In this document: one piece after another, positions 25,554 to 38,399 of the stretch
How the letters are laid out: each line of letters begins with the position of its first letter
Position numbering within the stretch: the first letter of the stretch is position 1
Source of the DNA: Callorhinchus milii
Lineage: Eukaryota
NCBI RefSeq assembly: GCF_018977255.1
Contig: NW_024704743.1
Coordinates: 62,870,001 to 62,934,000, forward strand
Length of the DNA: 64,000 bases
Direction: 5' to 3'
Notes under the pieces: model-generated
Told to the model about the DNA's origin: nothing
Seen by the model: only the letters and a program-made list of their open reading frames with translations
Database searches by the model: none
Program-made: the position numbers and the translations under genes

Positions 25554-27114
25554 TGGGGTAACTACAGTAGTGATAGGCTGTGGGGGGGTAACTACAGTAG
25601 TGATAGGCTGTGGGGGGGGGGGGGGGTAACTGCAGTAGTGACAGGCTGTGGGGGGGTAACTACAGTAGTGACAGGCTGTGGTGGGGGTAACTACAGTAGT
25701 GACAGGCTGTGTGTGGGGGGTAACTGCAGTAGTGACAGGCTGTGGGGGGGGTAACTACAGTAGTGACAGGCTGTGGGGGGGGTAACTACAGTAGTGACAG
25801 GCTGTGGGGGGGTAACTACATTAGTGACAGGCTGTGGGTGGGGGGTAACTACAGTAGTGACAGGCTGTGGGGGGGGAACTACAGTAGTGACAGGCTGTGG
25901 GGGGGGGGAACTACAGTAGTGACAGGCTGTGGGGGGGATAACTACAGTAGTGACAGGCTGTGGGGGGGGGAACTACAGTAGTGATAGGCTGTGGGGGGGT
26001 AACTACAGTAGTGACAGGCTGTGGGGGGGGGGTAACTACAGTAGTGACAGGCTGTGGGGGGGGTAACTGCAGTAGTGACAGGCTGTGGGGGGGTAACTAC
26101 AGTAGTGACAGGCTGTGGGGGGGTAACTACAGTAGTGACAGGCTGTGGGGGGGTAACTACAGTAGTGATAGGCTGTGGGGGGGTAACTGCAGTAGTGACA
26201 GGCTGTGGGGGGGGTAACTACAGTAGTGACAGGCTGTGGGGGGGTAACTACAGTAGTGACAGGCTGTGGGGGGGGGTAACTGCAGTAGTGACAGGCTGTG
26301 GGGGGGGTAACTACAGCAGTGACAGGCTGTGTGGGGGGGAACTACAGTAGTGACAGGCTGTGGGGGGGTAACTACAGTAGTGACAGGCTGTGGGGGGGGT
26401 AACTACAGTAGTGACAGGCTGTGGGGGGGTAACTACAGTAGTGACAGGCTGTGGGGGGGTAACTACAGCAGTGATAGGCTGTGGGGGGGTAACTACAGCA
26501 GTGATAGGCTGTGGGGGGTAACTACAGTAGTGACAGGCTGTGGGGGGGGGGAACTACAGTAGTGACAGGCTGTGGGGGGGATAACTACAGTAGTGACAGG
26601 CTGTGGGGGGTAACTACAGTAGTGACAGGCTGTGGGGGGATAACTACAGTAGTGACAGGCTGTGGGGGGGTAACTACAGTAGTGACAGGCTGTGGGGGGG
26701 GGGGGAACTATAGTAGTGACAGGCTGTGGGGGGGATAACTACAGTAGTGACAGGCTGTGGTGGGGGTAACTGCAGTAGTGACAGGCTGTGGGGGGGGTAA
26801 CTACAGTAGTGACAGGCTGTGTGTGGGGGGTAACTACAGTAGTGACAGGCTGTGTGTGGGGGGTAACTACAGTAGTGACAGGCTGTGGGGGGGTAACTAC
26901 AGTAGTGACAGGCTGTGGGGGGGTAACTACAGTAGTGACAGGCTGTGGGGGGGTAACTACAGTAGTGACAGGCTGTGGGGGGTAACTACAGCAGTGACAG
27001 GCTGTGGGGGGGGGTAACTACAGTAGTGACAGGCTGTGGGGGGTAACTACAGTAGTGACAGGCTGTGGGGGGGGTAACTACAGTAGTGACAGGCTGTGGG
27101 GGGGTAACTACAGT
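25554..27114. repeat. Minisatellite block B, unit about 30 bp, roughly 50 copies
   Basis: G(n)TAACTACAGTAGTGACAGGCTGT; variation is mostly in G-run length. Confidence 0.95.
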
Positions 27115-27935
27115 GGGGTGTGTGGGGGGGGTGGGGTGTGTGGGTGTGTGGGGGGGGTGGGGGTGTGTGGGGGGGGTGGGTGTGTGGGGGGGTGTGGGGG
27201 GGGTGGGGTGGGTGTGGGTGTGTGTGTGTGTGGGTGTGTGTGGGGGGTGTGGGTGTTTGTGGGTGGGTGTGGGGGTGTGTGGGGGGGTGCGGGTGTGTGT
27301 GGGGGTGTGTGTGGGTGGGTGTGGGGGGTGTGTGTGGGGGGGTGTGGGGGGGGTGGGGGTGGGTGTGGGTGTGTGTGTGTGTGGGGGGTGTGTGTGGGGG
27401 GGTGTGGTGTTTGTGGGTGGGTGTGGGGGTGTGTGGGGGGGGTGGGGGTGGGTGTGGGTGTGTGTGTGTGTGGGGGGTGTGTGTGGGGGGGTGTGGGGGG
27501 GGTGGGGGTGGTGTGGGTGTGTGTGTGTGTGGGGGGTGTGTGTGGGGGGGTGTGGGTGTTTGTGGGGGTGTGGGGGGTGTGGGGGGGGGGGGTGGTGTGG
27601 GTGTGTGTGTGTGTGGGGGGTGTGTGTGGGGGGTGTGGGGGTGGGGTGGGTTGGGTGTGTGTGTGTGTGGGGGGTGTGTGTGGGGGGGTGGGGGTGTGTG
27701 TGGGTGGGTGTGGGGGTGGGTGTGGGTGTGTGTGTGTGTGTGGGGGGGTGGGGGGGGGTGGTGTGTGGGGGGGGTGGGGGTGTGTGGGTGTGTGTGGGGG
27801 GGTGTGGGGGGGGGTGTGTGGGGGTGTGTGTGTGGGGGGGTGTGGGTGTGTGTGTGGGGGGGGGTGTGGGGGGGTGGTGTGTGGGGGGGGGTGTGGGGGG
27901 TGTGTGTGGGGGGGGGTGTGGGGGAGGGGGTGGAG
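27115..27935. repeat. G/GT low-complexity tract
   Basis: About 820 bp made almost entirely of G runs and (GT)n. Confidence 0.95.
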
Positions 27936-27944
27936 GTGCAGTAC

Positions 27945-28070
27945 CTGTTGTCCCGGTGTGTGGGAGAGGTCACGTGCCGCTGATATTTGAACCAAACCGA
28001 AAGCTGCTCACGTGGCACTTCCGGTGTCACATCAAACCCCGCCCCCCCTCGCGCTGGGCGGGGCGGCCCT
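27945..28070 (-). promoter_or_regulatory. STX17: STX17 promoter and probable non-coding exon 1
   Basis: GC boxes 28037-28046 and 28056-28064, ETS/GABP ACCGGAAGTG 28025-28016, CACGTG at 28009 and 27971, donor CAACAG|GTACTG after 27945. The only CpG-rich patch between NR4A3 and the STX17 ATG exon. Confidence 0.68.
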
Positions 28071-28267
28071 GGGCTGTGCTGTGCTGTGCTGCTGCAATCC
28101 CTGGTTTCCAACCACCGAAACCTCTCACAGATGGAGTTTGGGTACTTCAGGTTTTCGCTGCAGAGGCTTTTGAACGGGTCTCATTTGCAGCTGTGACCGA
28201 GAGTAGAAACATTGACAGTCACCAACACTGAGGCCGGTTCTGGTGCTGCAACACCAGGAGCAGAGCC

Positions 28268-28590
28268 ATAATAATCTTTGCCTTCGGTATTGCGCCTCAT
28301 CGTGTCAGGTGGACATGTCAATACACTTCAGGTTTCACTGTAAAATGGAGGCAAATGTGGCAGCGCACACTTGCGCACAGACTTGACCAAATGATTGACC
28401 GGTTTTATTTGAGAGGTGGATGGCCAGGACACCAGGAGAAACGCTTCCCTTTTTGATTAGGACCCGTGGGAGCTTTAACGTGCACCTGAACAGGCAGACG
28501 GGACCTCGGTTTAAAATCTCCTCCGAAGCACTGGTGCCTCCCGACAATGCGGCTCACCCCCAGCACTGGATTGGGGTGTCAGCTTAGACT
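28268..28590 (-). mobile_element. DeuSINE-type element
   Basis: Minus strand reads TTTAAACCGAGGTCCCGTCTGCCTGTTCAGGTGCACGTTAAAG...GGTGTCCTGGCC (Deu domain). Confidence 0.75.
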
Positions 28591-28975
28591 GGGACTTCCA
28601 AGCCCCGAGGTACAAAGTGATGGAATTTGTCCCGAGCAAATTGGTCTGGGGGATGGAAGTTGGACTTGGCTGCATTCCACCTCCACCTTGTGTTCAGCAG
28701 ATGCCACTGAACTACCCTCCAGTTACTTTGGGAGGTAAAGTCCTTCCGGACCAACTTAGTGGCTGAAAAGTGGGACAGTTTGTAAGGTCCTCAACTCCTG
28801 AGTGGATGGGTGACCTGCCATATCATTCCACTGGTGAGAGTAGGATGAGTTTGACACAACCCATAGGAGTCACAGAAAATCATACTCTTGTTGCTTGATT
28901 CTCTCCCAGGTTGTTTCACTTTCCTTTCCAACTCGATCAGTGAAGAGACACACTGCTTCATAGGGAGGACCTCAG

Positions 28976-29772
28976 CAACAATAACTTGCGTTTATATGGT
29001 GCCCCTCATGCAGGGTAGTGTCCCAGAGGGAATGTAGTGGGGCACCACGCCGAGCCGGGGGAGGTGACTGTCGGCACGGTCGAAGAGGAAGCTCTTCAGG
29101 CACCACCGGAAGATGGCTAAGGAGGGGGCAAGGTGGAGAGATAGAGGAGGAATGTTCCAGAGTGTCAGGAAATAGTGTCTGAAAGCGCAGCCACCAATGG
29201 TGGAACGGAGGACATGAGGCACAAGCAGGAGGCCGTAGCCAGTTGAGTGGAGGCAGTGGGTAGTAGGTTGGAGAGTAAGCAGGTAGGGAGGTCTAGGGCA
29301 TGAATGGATTTGACGAAGAGTGTGAGGATCTTGAAATTGACCCGTTCAGTGAGGGAGCCAGTGGAGCCTGGCTAAAACTAGTGTGATAGAACGGTCTTGC
29401 TCCCCCCTAGCTCTGTGACCTCCTAAACCCCTACCATCCTGCCCAGTCCCTCCACTCAGGGACTCCAGCCTGCTTCACATCCCCCGCCTTGCTTTCCCCA
29501 CTATTGGCTGGTGGGACGTCTGCCACACTGCCCCCACCCTCTGGAACTCCATCCTGCAGTCCCTCCGCCTCGCCCCCTCCCTCGCCACCTTCAAGATCCA
29601 TCTCAAGACCCTCCTCTTTGACCGTGTTTTGACTGATCTCCTTGCTTCCCCCCCCCCGCCCTCCACCTTCCCCAAACCCTGGCCCCCAGCTCGGGTTCGT
29701 AATTCTGTCTGTTCAGCGCCTTGGGATGTCCTTCCAACATGAAAGGTGCTATACAAGTGTAATTTTGTTGCT
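28976..29772. mobile_element. Two L2 3' fragments in opposite orientation (minus 28976-29390, plus 29395-29772)
   Basis: Both are homologous to 6000-6460 and carry L2 tails at their outer ends. Confidence 0.8.
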
Positions 29773-32321
29773 GATGGCGGTACGGTTTATTGCGCTTCTG
29801 GACCACGATGGAGGTGGATGGCCAGTCTGCTCTCCTTTATCTCCAGAGTGCAATATATGGCCTCTGCCAATCTGGGCTGCCTGACCATGACAAAGGCTTT
29901 GCAAGCTCTTGGGCCACGTCTTGGGTCAAAGCCATCAGACTCCAGTTCTCAGTTTTCTGCTCTCTTACATTCTCGTTCAGTTGCTGCACAAATCCCTTCT
30001 ATTGAACACATCAAAATCTTCAGCAGCCATTGGGTTCCCATCCAGCACAGCCCTTTCAATTGCCTGCATAATTGCTGTGGCCTGCGTTAGCTTATAGATC
30101 TGCACTACCTAACTGCCCCCTCATCTCTGCAGTGCTCAATGTACCACAAGGTGCTCTCCCCTCAATTAACTAACTAACCCTAACCCTTATCTAATTGTTT
30201 TTCTGTGTGTAGTCTTGATTGTGATAAACTGAGGTGCTGGGAGGAAGACACTGGGGGTACAGAGGTCTGATAATGCTCATCTTCCCAGAGCTATGAACCT
30301 GTGAGGTGGCAGGTGGGCTTTCCCTCTGGGTCTTCTTCACGTGTTGGTAACTCTGCAGGGAATCGTGGTAGATGTGGACTCCTCCTGGTCCCCCCTCACC
30401 TCCTCGCTGCTGGAGGCACTAATACTGGTTGGTGACCGAGAAAGGTTTGCTAAAGAAAAAACAAAAGTTTAGCACAATTCTTGATGCGGATACTATCAAT
30501 AATGGCAACTATATCAAAGACTGAGACAAAATCTTAATACACAACCCACATGAGTGTCTTCTATGTCTATTGGTAAAGGTACTAGACATGTCTCAAAATG
30601 TACTTCTGTGACTACGCTATCAGTCATCTTTCCTCTCCGCCTCCCTCGTCTGCCACCCCAGCTTGGATGCCTAGTCAGCAGTATCAAGTGCTTTGAGCCT
30701 CAGTTTTAGTGAACTGCTTCAAAGGAGCCATGGTTTGGCAGACGAAAGGAGGAGAAACTTTATTTAATTAAGTTGTGTAAGTTATTTAAACATTATTTTG
30801 GAGCAACATAAGTGATATCCCATTGTGTGCAAGAGAAAGGAAGTTTTCCCAGGACACTGGGTATCAATCCCCGAGTAAAACTGGTCATTCGTTTTGAGGC
30901 TGTTTGTGGGATATCGCTATGCACAAATTGGTTGCTGCGATTTGCCTACAAATACCCAATCAAGGCATTCATGAAGCGCTTTGAGATGTCTCGAAGACAT
31001 GATGAGGCATTATGTCAAATGCAAGAATTATTATTGTTATTATAAGACATCTCACATAACTAGCTGTAATTGCAGTTTTTATTTATATCAGTGAGTGTTT
31101 CAAGATTAACAATAAATGTTAGTAAAAAAGGTTATTTTAGGTAGGTACTCCACTGAGATGCTAGTTTGTTGTGATCCATGATGGTTAAGGTGTGATCTTA
31201 ATCTGAAACTTATCTGGCACTTGGTGTATTGCGTGCAATACTTACAACTTTTGAAACCCACAATTATTAAGAGCAAGGCAAACAGCATTTTACCTTCAGA
31301 AAATTAGTGGGTGTACGGCACATTGGTGTTTTCAAATAAAGGTCATTTCAAGTGCAAAGGCTTCAGGAGTTTTATTGCAAATTAGAATTATTTCATTTAA
31401 TTTATTTTTTTGTTGTTTCAGACTTTGCTTCCTGCAGAATCTATTAAGAGTTAAAGGTGGTTAAAGAGATATAATTACCTGCACTTTATTTTAGTTTTCT
31501 CCTTTTTTAAAACATTTTTTTTTCTTTTTTTCCTTTTTTCTTTTTATGTTTTTATTTATAATTAAATTTATTGATAACAAAAACACCAAAAAAAATTACA
31601 AGCAAATATACTAACGAGAGATACAAATGTCCTACGCACAAACGTTTTATATACATTGCCAACAGATGCTATGCAGTAAATTTCTATTTTTCTCCTTTAA
31701 GGTTGTCACCAGCATTCACTTGCTGGGAAGAGCAGGCAGGCGACCTGAGTCAGTTTATCTCTAATGTTTTAGACAAAGATCTAAATATCTTGATGCTGAT
31801 ATGACCTGTCACTGAGCGAGCTCTGTCTAGTATCAGGCTGCCCACGTGTGTGATTCAGGATAGTGCCTGTGTCAGTTATCCAGATGACAAATGTCAGAAT
31901 AGCTCAATAATCCAAATTTAGAAAAATGTATTGTCAGGGTAGGTTACGATGGGCACCCACAGGCCTGAGTTGGTTTCAGACTGAATCATGAAAATCTAGC
32001 TTATGCACTCATGCAAATACTGACCTGAGAAACCAACAAGGGGCATCATATACCTCAGTAATTTATCTCTGGCATTAGTTATTTTAAACAGTATCTGCTT
32101 TTGGGTAAGGAATGTTATAGACACAATAAACAGTTATACTGCATGAATTGATTGTCAAAAAACACAGAGTCACATGTTGCATTTATAAAGAACAGAGAAA
32201 TTAATGATATTGGAGACATCAAATAAAATTTTAAAAATCTTGACATCAGAATGTGAAAATTGCAGGATTGTTTAAAAAAAATCACTGTTAAATCTAAAGT
32301 AAAAATCTCTTTATATGTAAA

Positions 32322-33035
32322 ATAATAATAATCCTTGCATTTGATATAGCACCTTTCACATTGGGAGGATGTCTCAAAGCGCTTCACAGAAATTTACTGT
32401 AAGGTATAGTGTCTTTGCATTTTGCAGGAGAACAATATTTTGAATAGATCAATATTATACATAACATATAATAATAATCCTTGCATTTGAGAAAGCGCTT
32501 TTCACGTCTTCTAGACATCTCAAAGTACTTCACAGAATATGCTGTAAAGTGAATTGACTGTATGTTTGTGGGTGAAATGCAGCAGCCAATTGCATCAAAG
32601 GATTAGATAGGGAGTGTTGATGTTCTGTTCCAACATGTATTTGGCTGTAGTAGACTTACCTAATAATAAAATATTAATGTTATTTTAGTAGGCTAATTTG
32701 GATACTATTACAATAATAAAAAATGAGTAATTTGCATTTAAAATAATAGTTTATCGTGCCATCAAAATGTCTCAAAGCATTTCACAGGTTTTATGGTAGA
32801 GTGTACTGACTCCATATTTGTAGACGAACATGGCAGCCAGTTTGCATACAGCAATATCTAATAAACTCATGCAATGGGATCTTTAACATCTAGCTGAAGA
32901 GGCAGATAGGACGTTGATTTAAATTCTCATCAAAAAACAGCACCTCTGACAATGCAGCACTCCCTCAGTATTGCACTGCAGTGTCAGGCTCGACTGTGAG
33001 TTCAAAGTCCACATATGAGGCTTGAACCCACAATT
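32322..33035 (-). mobile_element. Cluster of SINE tails and a DeuSINE remnant
   Basis: Reversed tails AATAATCCTTGCATTTGA near 32327 and 32472; Deu-domain sequence 32870-33030. Confidence 0.7.
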
Positions 33036-36000
33036 TTGTTTATGGTAATGTGACAAAGACTGTACTGTTAAATTTACGCAGTAGAATTATTTATAAGTGC
33101 ATTGGGATAAACTTGCTAAACTTACTGAATGGAGTTGGTCATAACACATCAACAATCAACACCACAAAGAAAAACCCTGTCACTTTATTTTATTAAATGG
33201 CTTAATCAAATATTTGAATTCACAGTATTTTATAGGGGTCTGAAAACTATGGGAAAATAATAAAGCTTGCATTTGATCAGTGGTGTGCAATGCTGCAGTA
33301 AAATCTGTCTCTTTACTGTATTGCTCAAAGTACCATATAAGTTGGCTGAGTGGGTGGATGGAAAATGTGAAGAACAAAAGTGGTTAAAAGAAAGGTTAAT
33401 TATGTGCTGATACCATAGAAATGATACTGCTCTTAAATACCAAATTGTAAGGAAGGGTTAAATTCCATAAATTGTATATGCCGATGATACCTACCTCTAC
33501 TTCACTGGCTCCATCCAACAATTCAAGTTCTGATTGACGGCCTGTCTGACATCAAGACCTGAAAGAACCATAATTTTCTGCAGTTAACCATCAACAGGGA
33601 TGTTTGGCTCTCACCAGTGCCTATGTGTCTTTGGCTGCAATTCCAGTGACCTCTCTGGCTGCTCATTCCGGCTGAACCCGGTGATGTGCAGTCTTGCTGT
33701 TCCATTTTACTCAACACCAAGATTCAAACCCCAAATCCAGACCATCGCCAAGACTCCTTTTTTCCATCTCACCTCCACTGCTGCTGAAATGTCTTCATCA
33801 TGTGGAGGGTAGATTCTTCCAGTGCTCTCCTACATGGTTTCTTTTGCACCATTCTCCAGACATTCAACTGGTTCTCTTCAGTACAAGACCCACGTAGGCA
33901 TTACAATAACAAAAACTTACATTTATATCACGTACTTCACACAGGTTAGGGCACTGGAGGCCAGTCTTTTTGGTCAGCCAACAAAATACATTTTCTTGAT
34001 TGAATATTTCTTGATTTATGGGATTCAAACAAGAACATTTATGCCGTAAATCAAGAAATATTCAATGAAGAGAAACCTGGAAACCTATTACTGATCTTAC
34101 CTAGGCTGGCACAAATGTTTGGGGTGTTCTTTTTGGAGGCCCCGCAGGCCATAGTTTGGCTGGCACTGGGTTAGGATCTCAGAACAGATTTATTCCTATG
34201 CTTGCCAAGCAGCATTTCCCCCTCAGTAGTTTGATGTCTTAACAATGTGATAAGGCGCTATATCAAATGCAAGGTTTATTTTTACCTTCCTTCATTCCGC
34301 TCCACGCATACAGGGAAATTACAGTGAGAAATCTTTGTAACTGAACAGTCAGGCATCCCAAAAACAAAAGTTTTGTTATTTACTGATTTCAAACTTTCAG
34401 CTCTTTACCCTGTCTATCATGATTGTTTGAAAGTGTATCAGTGACCCGGAAGGGCATCAGATTTGAAAGTGGTTAACAGCTTGAAGCTTCATGGTATCCA
34501 AACATCATCCTTTGTATAGCTGGTTCTGTGGTAACTCATGGGAGGTATATTCTCACGGTGTCCTGGCCAACAGTCCTCCAGAAAAATGATCATTTTATGG
34601 CTATTTGAGGGACTTTGCTTTCCAGAAAATGGTAGCCACGTTTGCCTGGAGAAAATAGTCCTCACACCTGACAGCAATTACAGGGAAGTGCTTTGGCATA
34701 TTTCAGCAATTCTTTCTTTTTTGGAGAAGGATTGTGGTGGCCAGCCACACCCTGAGTCTCATCTCTGGGAACATGGTTTGAATACAGACCACACTAGTGG
34801 CATCAAAGTATCTTCTCACTGATGGGTGAAATCTCAGCCCACTTCGATGTGTAAATAGATATGGAATATATGACACATGCAAATCACGTCCCAATCCATG
34901 AGTACAGAGGGGATTAATCATGCAATTAACAACCATTTAAAAGGATTTATTATGAGTGAAAGTCAGGTTAAATATTATCAATGTTAACACATTGTGCTGA
35001 AATCAACAATTTTCCAAATTCATGTTGAAACTAGAATAAACGTAGACCCAGGGGCATTTTCTCTCTCTCTCATTGCCTTCAGGAGAGTAGGGGGGCAATT
35101 AGAAGGAGGGAGGGGAGGAATCATACTTGAATTCCTTTAACACGCGTCACAGAAATATGATAACTTCAATACAGTAATGAATTAACACAAGGTGCTGAAC
35201 AATAAAGTAAACATTTAATTTAAAGTGCTCCTTACACATTGAACCAATTGACCTCGACCCGATTAGTGTAGCATTCTGTGGCAGAGATATTTTTTAGGCG
35301 TAACAGATGGATGTTGAAGAGGTGCAGAGTTACACAGATGACAGCAACAAGCAAATCCAAGAGGCTGTAATTACCAATGAGAGGCTTTTTTTTCTTGATG
35401 TCAGGTCATCGAGATACAGTAACTTGTTAGACTGATCTTTCCTGTGGGTCTGGTGTTGACAGTTTCTGTTAAACTTCAATAGCAAGAGGGTAGGGCACAT
35501 GCTGTACCTTTCATTGGACACCTGTGCCTGTAGGCAAGTAAAGCCTGGGACTCAAACAAGAAATGCCAGATTTGGGTGGAAGACAAGAGTCTTAACAATT
35601 TAGGCGCCGTGAACGGTGAGAGGGAGAAACAGTGGACGATAAACCACAACATTACAAATGTTTTATTGAACTTTAAGCGAGCTCTTTTATGCTGAACACT
35701 ACACTTCCAACTATAATACATGACACAGGCCAATACCATTTTTTCGAATTGGGATATGTAACAGGAAACTATCTCCTGTTGTATGTGTCCGACCCGCAAT
35801 GCACCCCTCACCAGTCACACAGTATTTATTCCTGACGTGCAGTGCCTCAGCAATCACTCCACAAAAAGGCTACAAAGCTTCTTCCTGTTCAGCCAAAAGA
35901 TTTTGTATCAAACTCGCCTCAGGGCAAAAACTTCAATCAAGCACTAAGCTTTAATGAGATTAAAAAGTCAGAGGACAGATGTAAGGCTTGCACAGAACAT

Positions 36001-36329
36001 TTTAGTCAATACGTTAGATAACTTAGGATGCATATTCCTCTGACCATGAACTTTTATTGAAAGTACAGCAGAAAGAGTGGAAGATTGAGACTAAATGGGT
36101 AGCTCTTTCAAAGAGGCAGCATGGGCACAATGGGCTGAATGGACTCTCTGTGCTGTAAATGTCTATGGTTCTAGTGTACATGAATTGCTTTTATTAAAGA
36201 GCCTGCCATTATAAAATTAATCACTTTGCACCTACTACATTAATAGCTTCAATTGATCCTCCACTGAAATTCACCAGACCATTGGTCTTCGTAAATAGTC
36301 AGAACGTTGTTAATTCAAGTTTGACATCT

Positions 36330-36640
36330 GGACTTTGAGCTCACAGTCTAGGCTGATACTCCACTGCAGTACTCAGGGCGTATTGCATTGTTGGAAGTAC
36401 TTCAGATGAGATGTTTATCAGAGGTCCCGGCTGAGTGTTCAGGTGGACATTAAAGATCCCATGGCAGCATTCGAAAAGTGAAGGGAGTTTCTCCAGTTGT
36501 TCTGGCCAACAATTCCCCAAGTAAAATTGCTCATTCACTTCATGGCTGTTCATGGGACATTGCTGTGCGCAAATTTGCTACCGCATTCACCTACAAATTC
36601 GCAGTCACTACACTTCACAGTGAAATCCTATGAAGCATTT
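36330..36640 (+). mobile_element. DeuSINE-type element
   Basis: CTTCAGATGAGATG...CAGGTGGACATTAAAGATCCCATGGCA...GGGACATTGCTGTGCGCAAATT. Confidence 0.78.
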
Positions 36641-38399
36641 CAGCATTCTGTTAGAACTACAGAAAATTGATTTCAAAGTTAAGACCGAATTTAACAATTT
36701 CCCAAATTCTGGGCGCTCTGAAATGTTACGTTAATAGAGTAAATGCAGACTTGGGTGAAATTTCTCTTGCATCTTTAGTGACAAGATGTTTCACAATTAC
36801 AAGAGAAAAACAGGAAAAAACAGCTGGGAAAAGAAAAGACATGCAACGCAGAGACTTAAGATGAAAAAACAACCTACACCCTCAATTTGTATAAAGAATA
36901 ACGTTCTTCCCAAATGAGTTTTTTTCTTCACTTTTTGTGATCTTTAAGGGACTAAGATAATTTATTTGTTTATATGAAACAATTGCCTGTTTTTGAGCTA
37001 ATAACAGAGATAACTTTAATCGTATTATAATAGATTTGGTCTTATATAAAAAGGACATTGATAACAAACAACTCCAATAATGCAATACAGAAAACCATCA
37101 TTTTCACTTGTTGATCTCGAATCATAGAAATTGCAGAACAGAAGGAGGCCATTCGACCCTTTGAGCCTATGCTGGTGGCAGATAACCTGCTGGAACTGAC
37201 TATTCCAATGTGCTCTTTTCCTGTAGCTTATTAGAATCATAGGAGTGTAAAAAAATGGATGGTATTTCATCAGAATAATATATTTTCATATTAAGATGGT
37301 CATTCAATCCACGACTGTTTGTGGGACACTGCTATGCGCAATTGGCTTCCGCATTTCACCCACAAAATACAGTCAATTCACTTTACAGGATATCCTGTGA
37401 AGACCTTCGAAACATCTCAACAACATAAGGCACTATATTGAATGCAAGGATTATTATTAATAAGGTAACACTATTGAAATCTGCCTGGTGGTTTGCTGAC
37501 AGCTCATTCATACAGGAAATCATTGCAGTGGCATTATCAGTGTAGTATTACAAGACACAGCAGGCAGCAGCTTGCAATATTGTTCTGTTCAAAAATACTA
37601 GTCTCATGGAGAGGGGTAGGATGCTGTTTGATTTCATTGTTGTTAGTGATGATGCCCTCTTTCTGTTCTATGGTAGGGAGCAACCAAGCAGAGACCAAGT
37701 CATCCTATCACGAAGAACTGGAAGGACAACTACTTCAGGCTACTCTTCCTAGAACAACTACAGTCCTGGGCTAATATAGAGCAACCTCCACTTAGTTCCT
37801 AGTGGAGATCTCCAGCTATTCAATCAACATATCGTGTCATGAGTCTTCGGAAGGAAGAGGGAAGAAAGCATGAACATGAAACCCGAGCATTGATTTTCGG
37901 TGGGTTCATATTAATGTGTTGCTGAAATTTAAAACCATGAATTCTGTATTTATTTACAAGGCGTCATCAGAATGTGGTATGCTTTAGCATAAATAGCTGC
38001 TGAAATGGGTACACATGATTTGAAAAGGTATCGGATAATAATGGGGAAATAATATTAAAGGGTACGGAGAAGAGCAAGGGAATAAATAACAATAATCTTT
38101 GTATTTGGCATAGCGCCTTATCATGTCGGAAGGATGTCTCAAAGCAACTTCACAGGATTTACTATGAAATGGAGTACTGTGTATTTGTAGGCAAATGCAG
38201 CAGCACAATTGTGCACAGCAATTTCCTACAAACAAACATGGAGTGAGTGAGTAGATGGCTCCAGTAGGGAAGCTAGCACCAATATGGAATACTATGGGCT
38301 GAAACCATGATGCAATTCTAAGTGTGCGTTCATGGCATAACTGAAGGTCTCTAAAGAAAACTCCCAAACCATATATTTTCTGATAAAATGTTATTCAAT

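Noticed and set aside
24490..27114. CRISPR-like appearance of regularly spaced 30-bp repeats
   Set aside because: Units are contiguous with no unique spacers, there are no cas genes, and the context is a vertebrate intron.
24391..28231. Many long ORFs (GGNYSSDRLW, PPACHY, Gly/Val/Cys-rich and Pro/His/Thr-rich)
   Set aside because: Translations of the tandem array and the G/GT tract; frames shift with G-run length and several frames are open at once.
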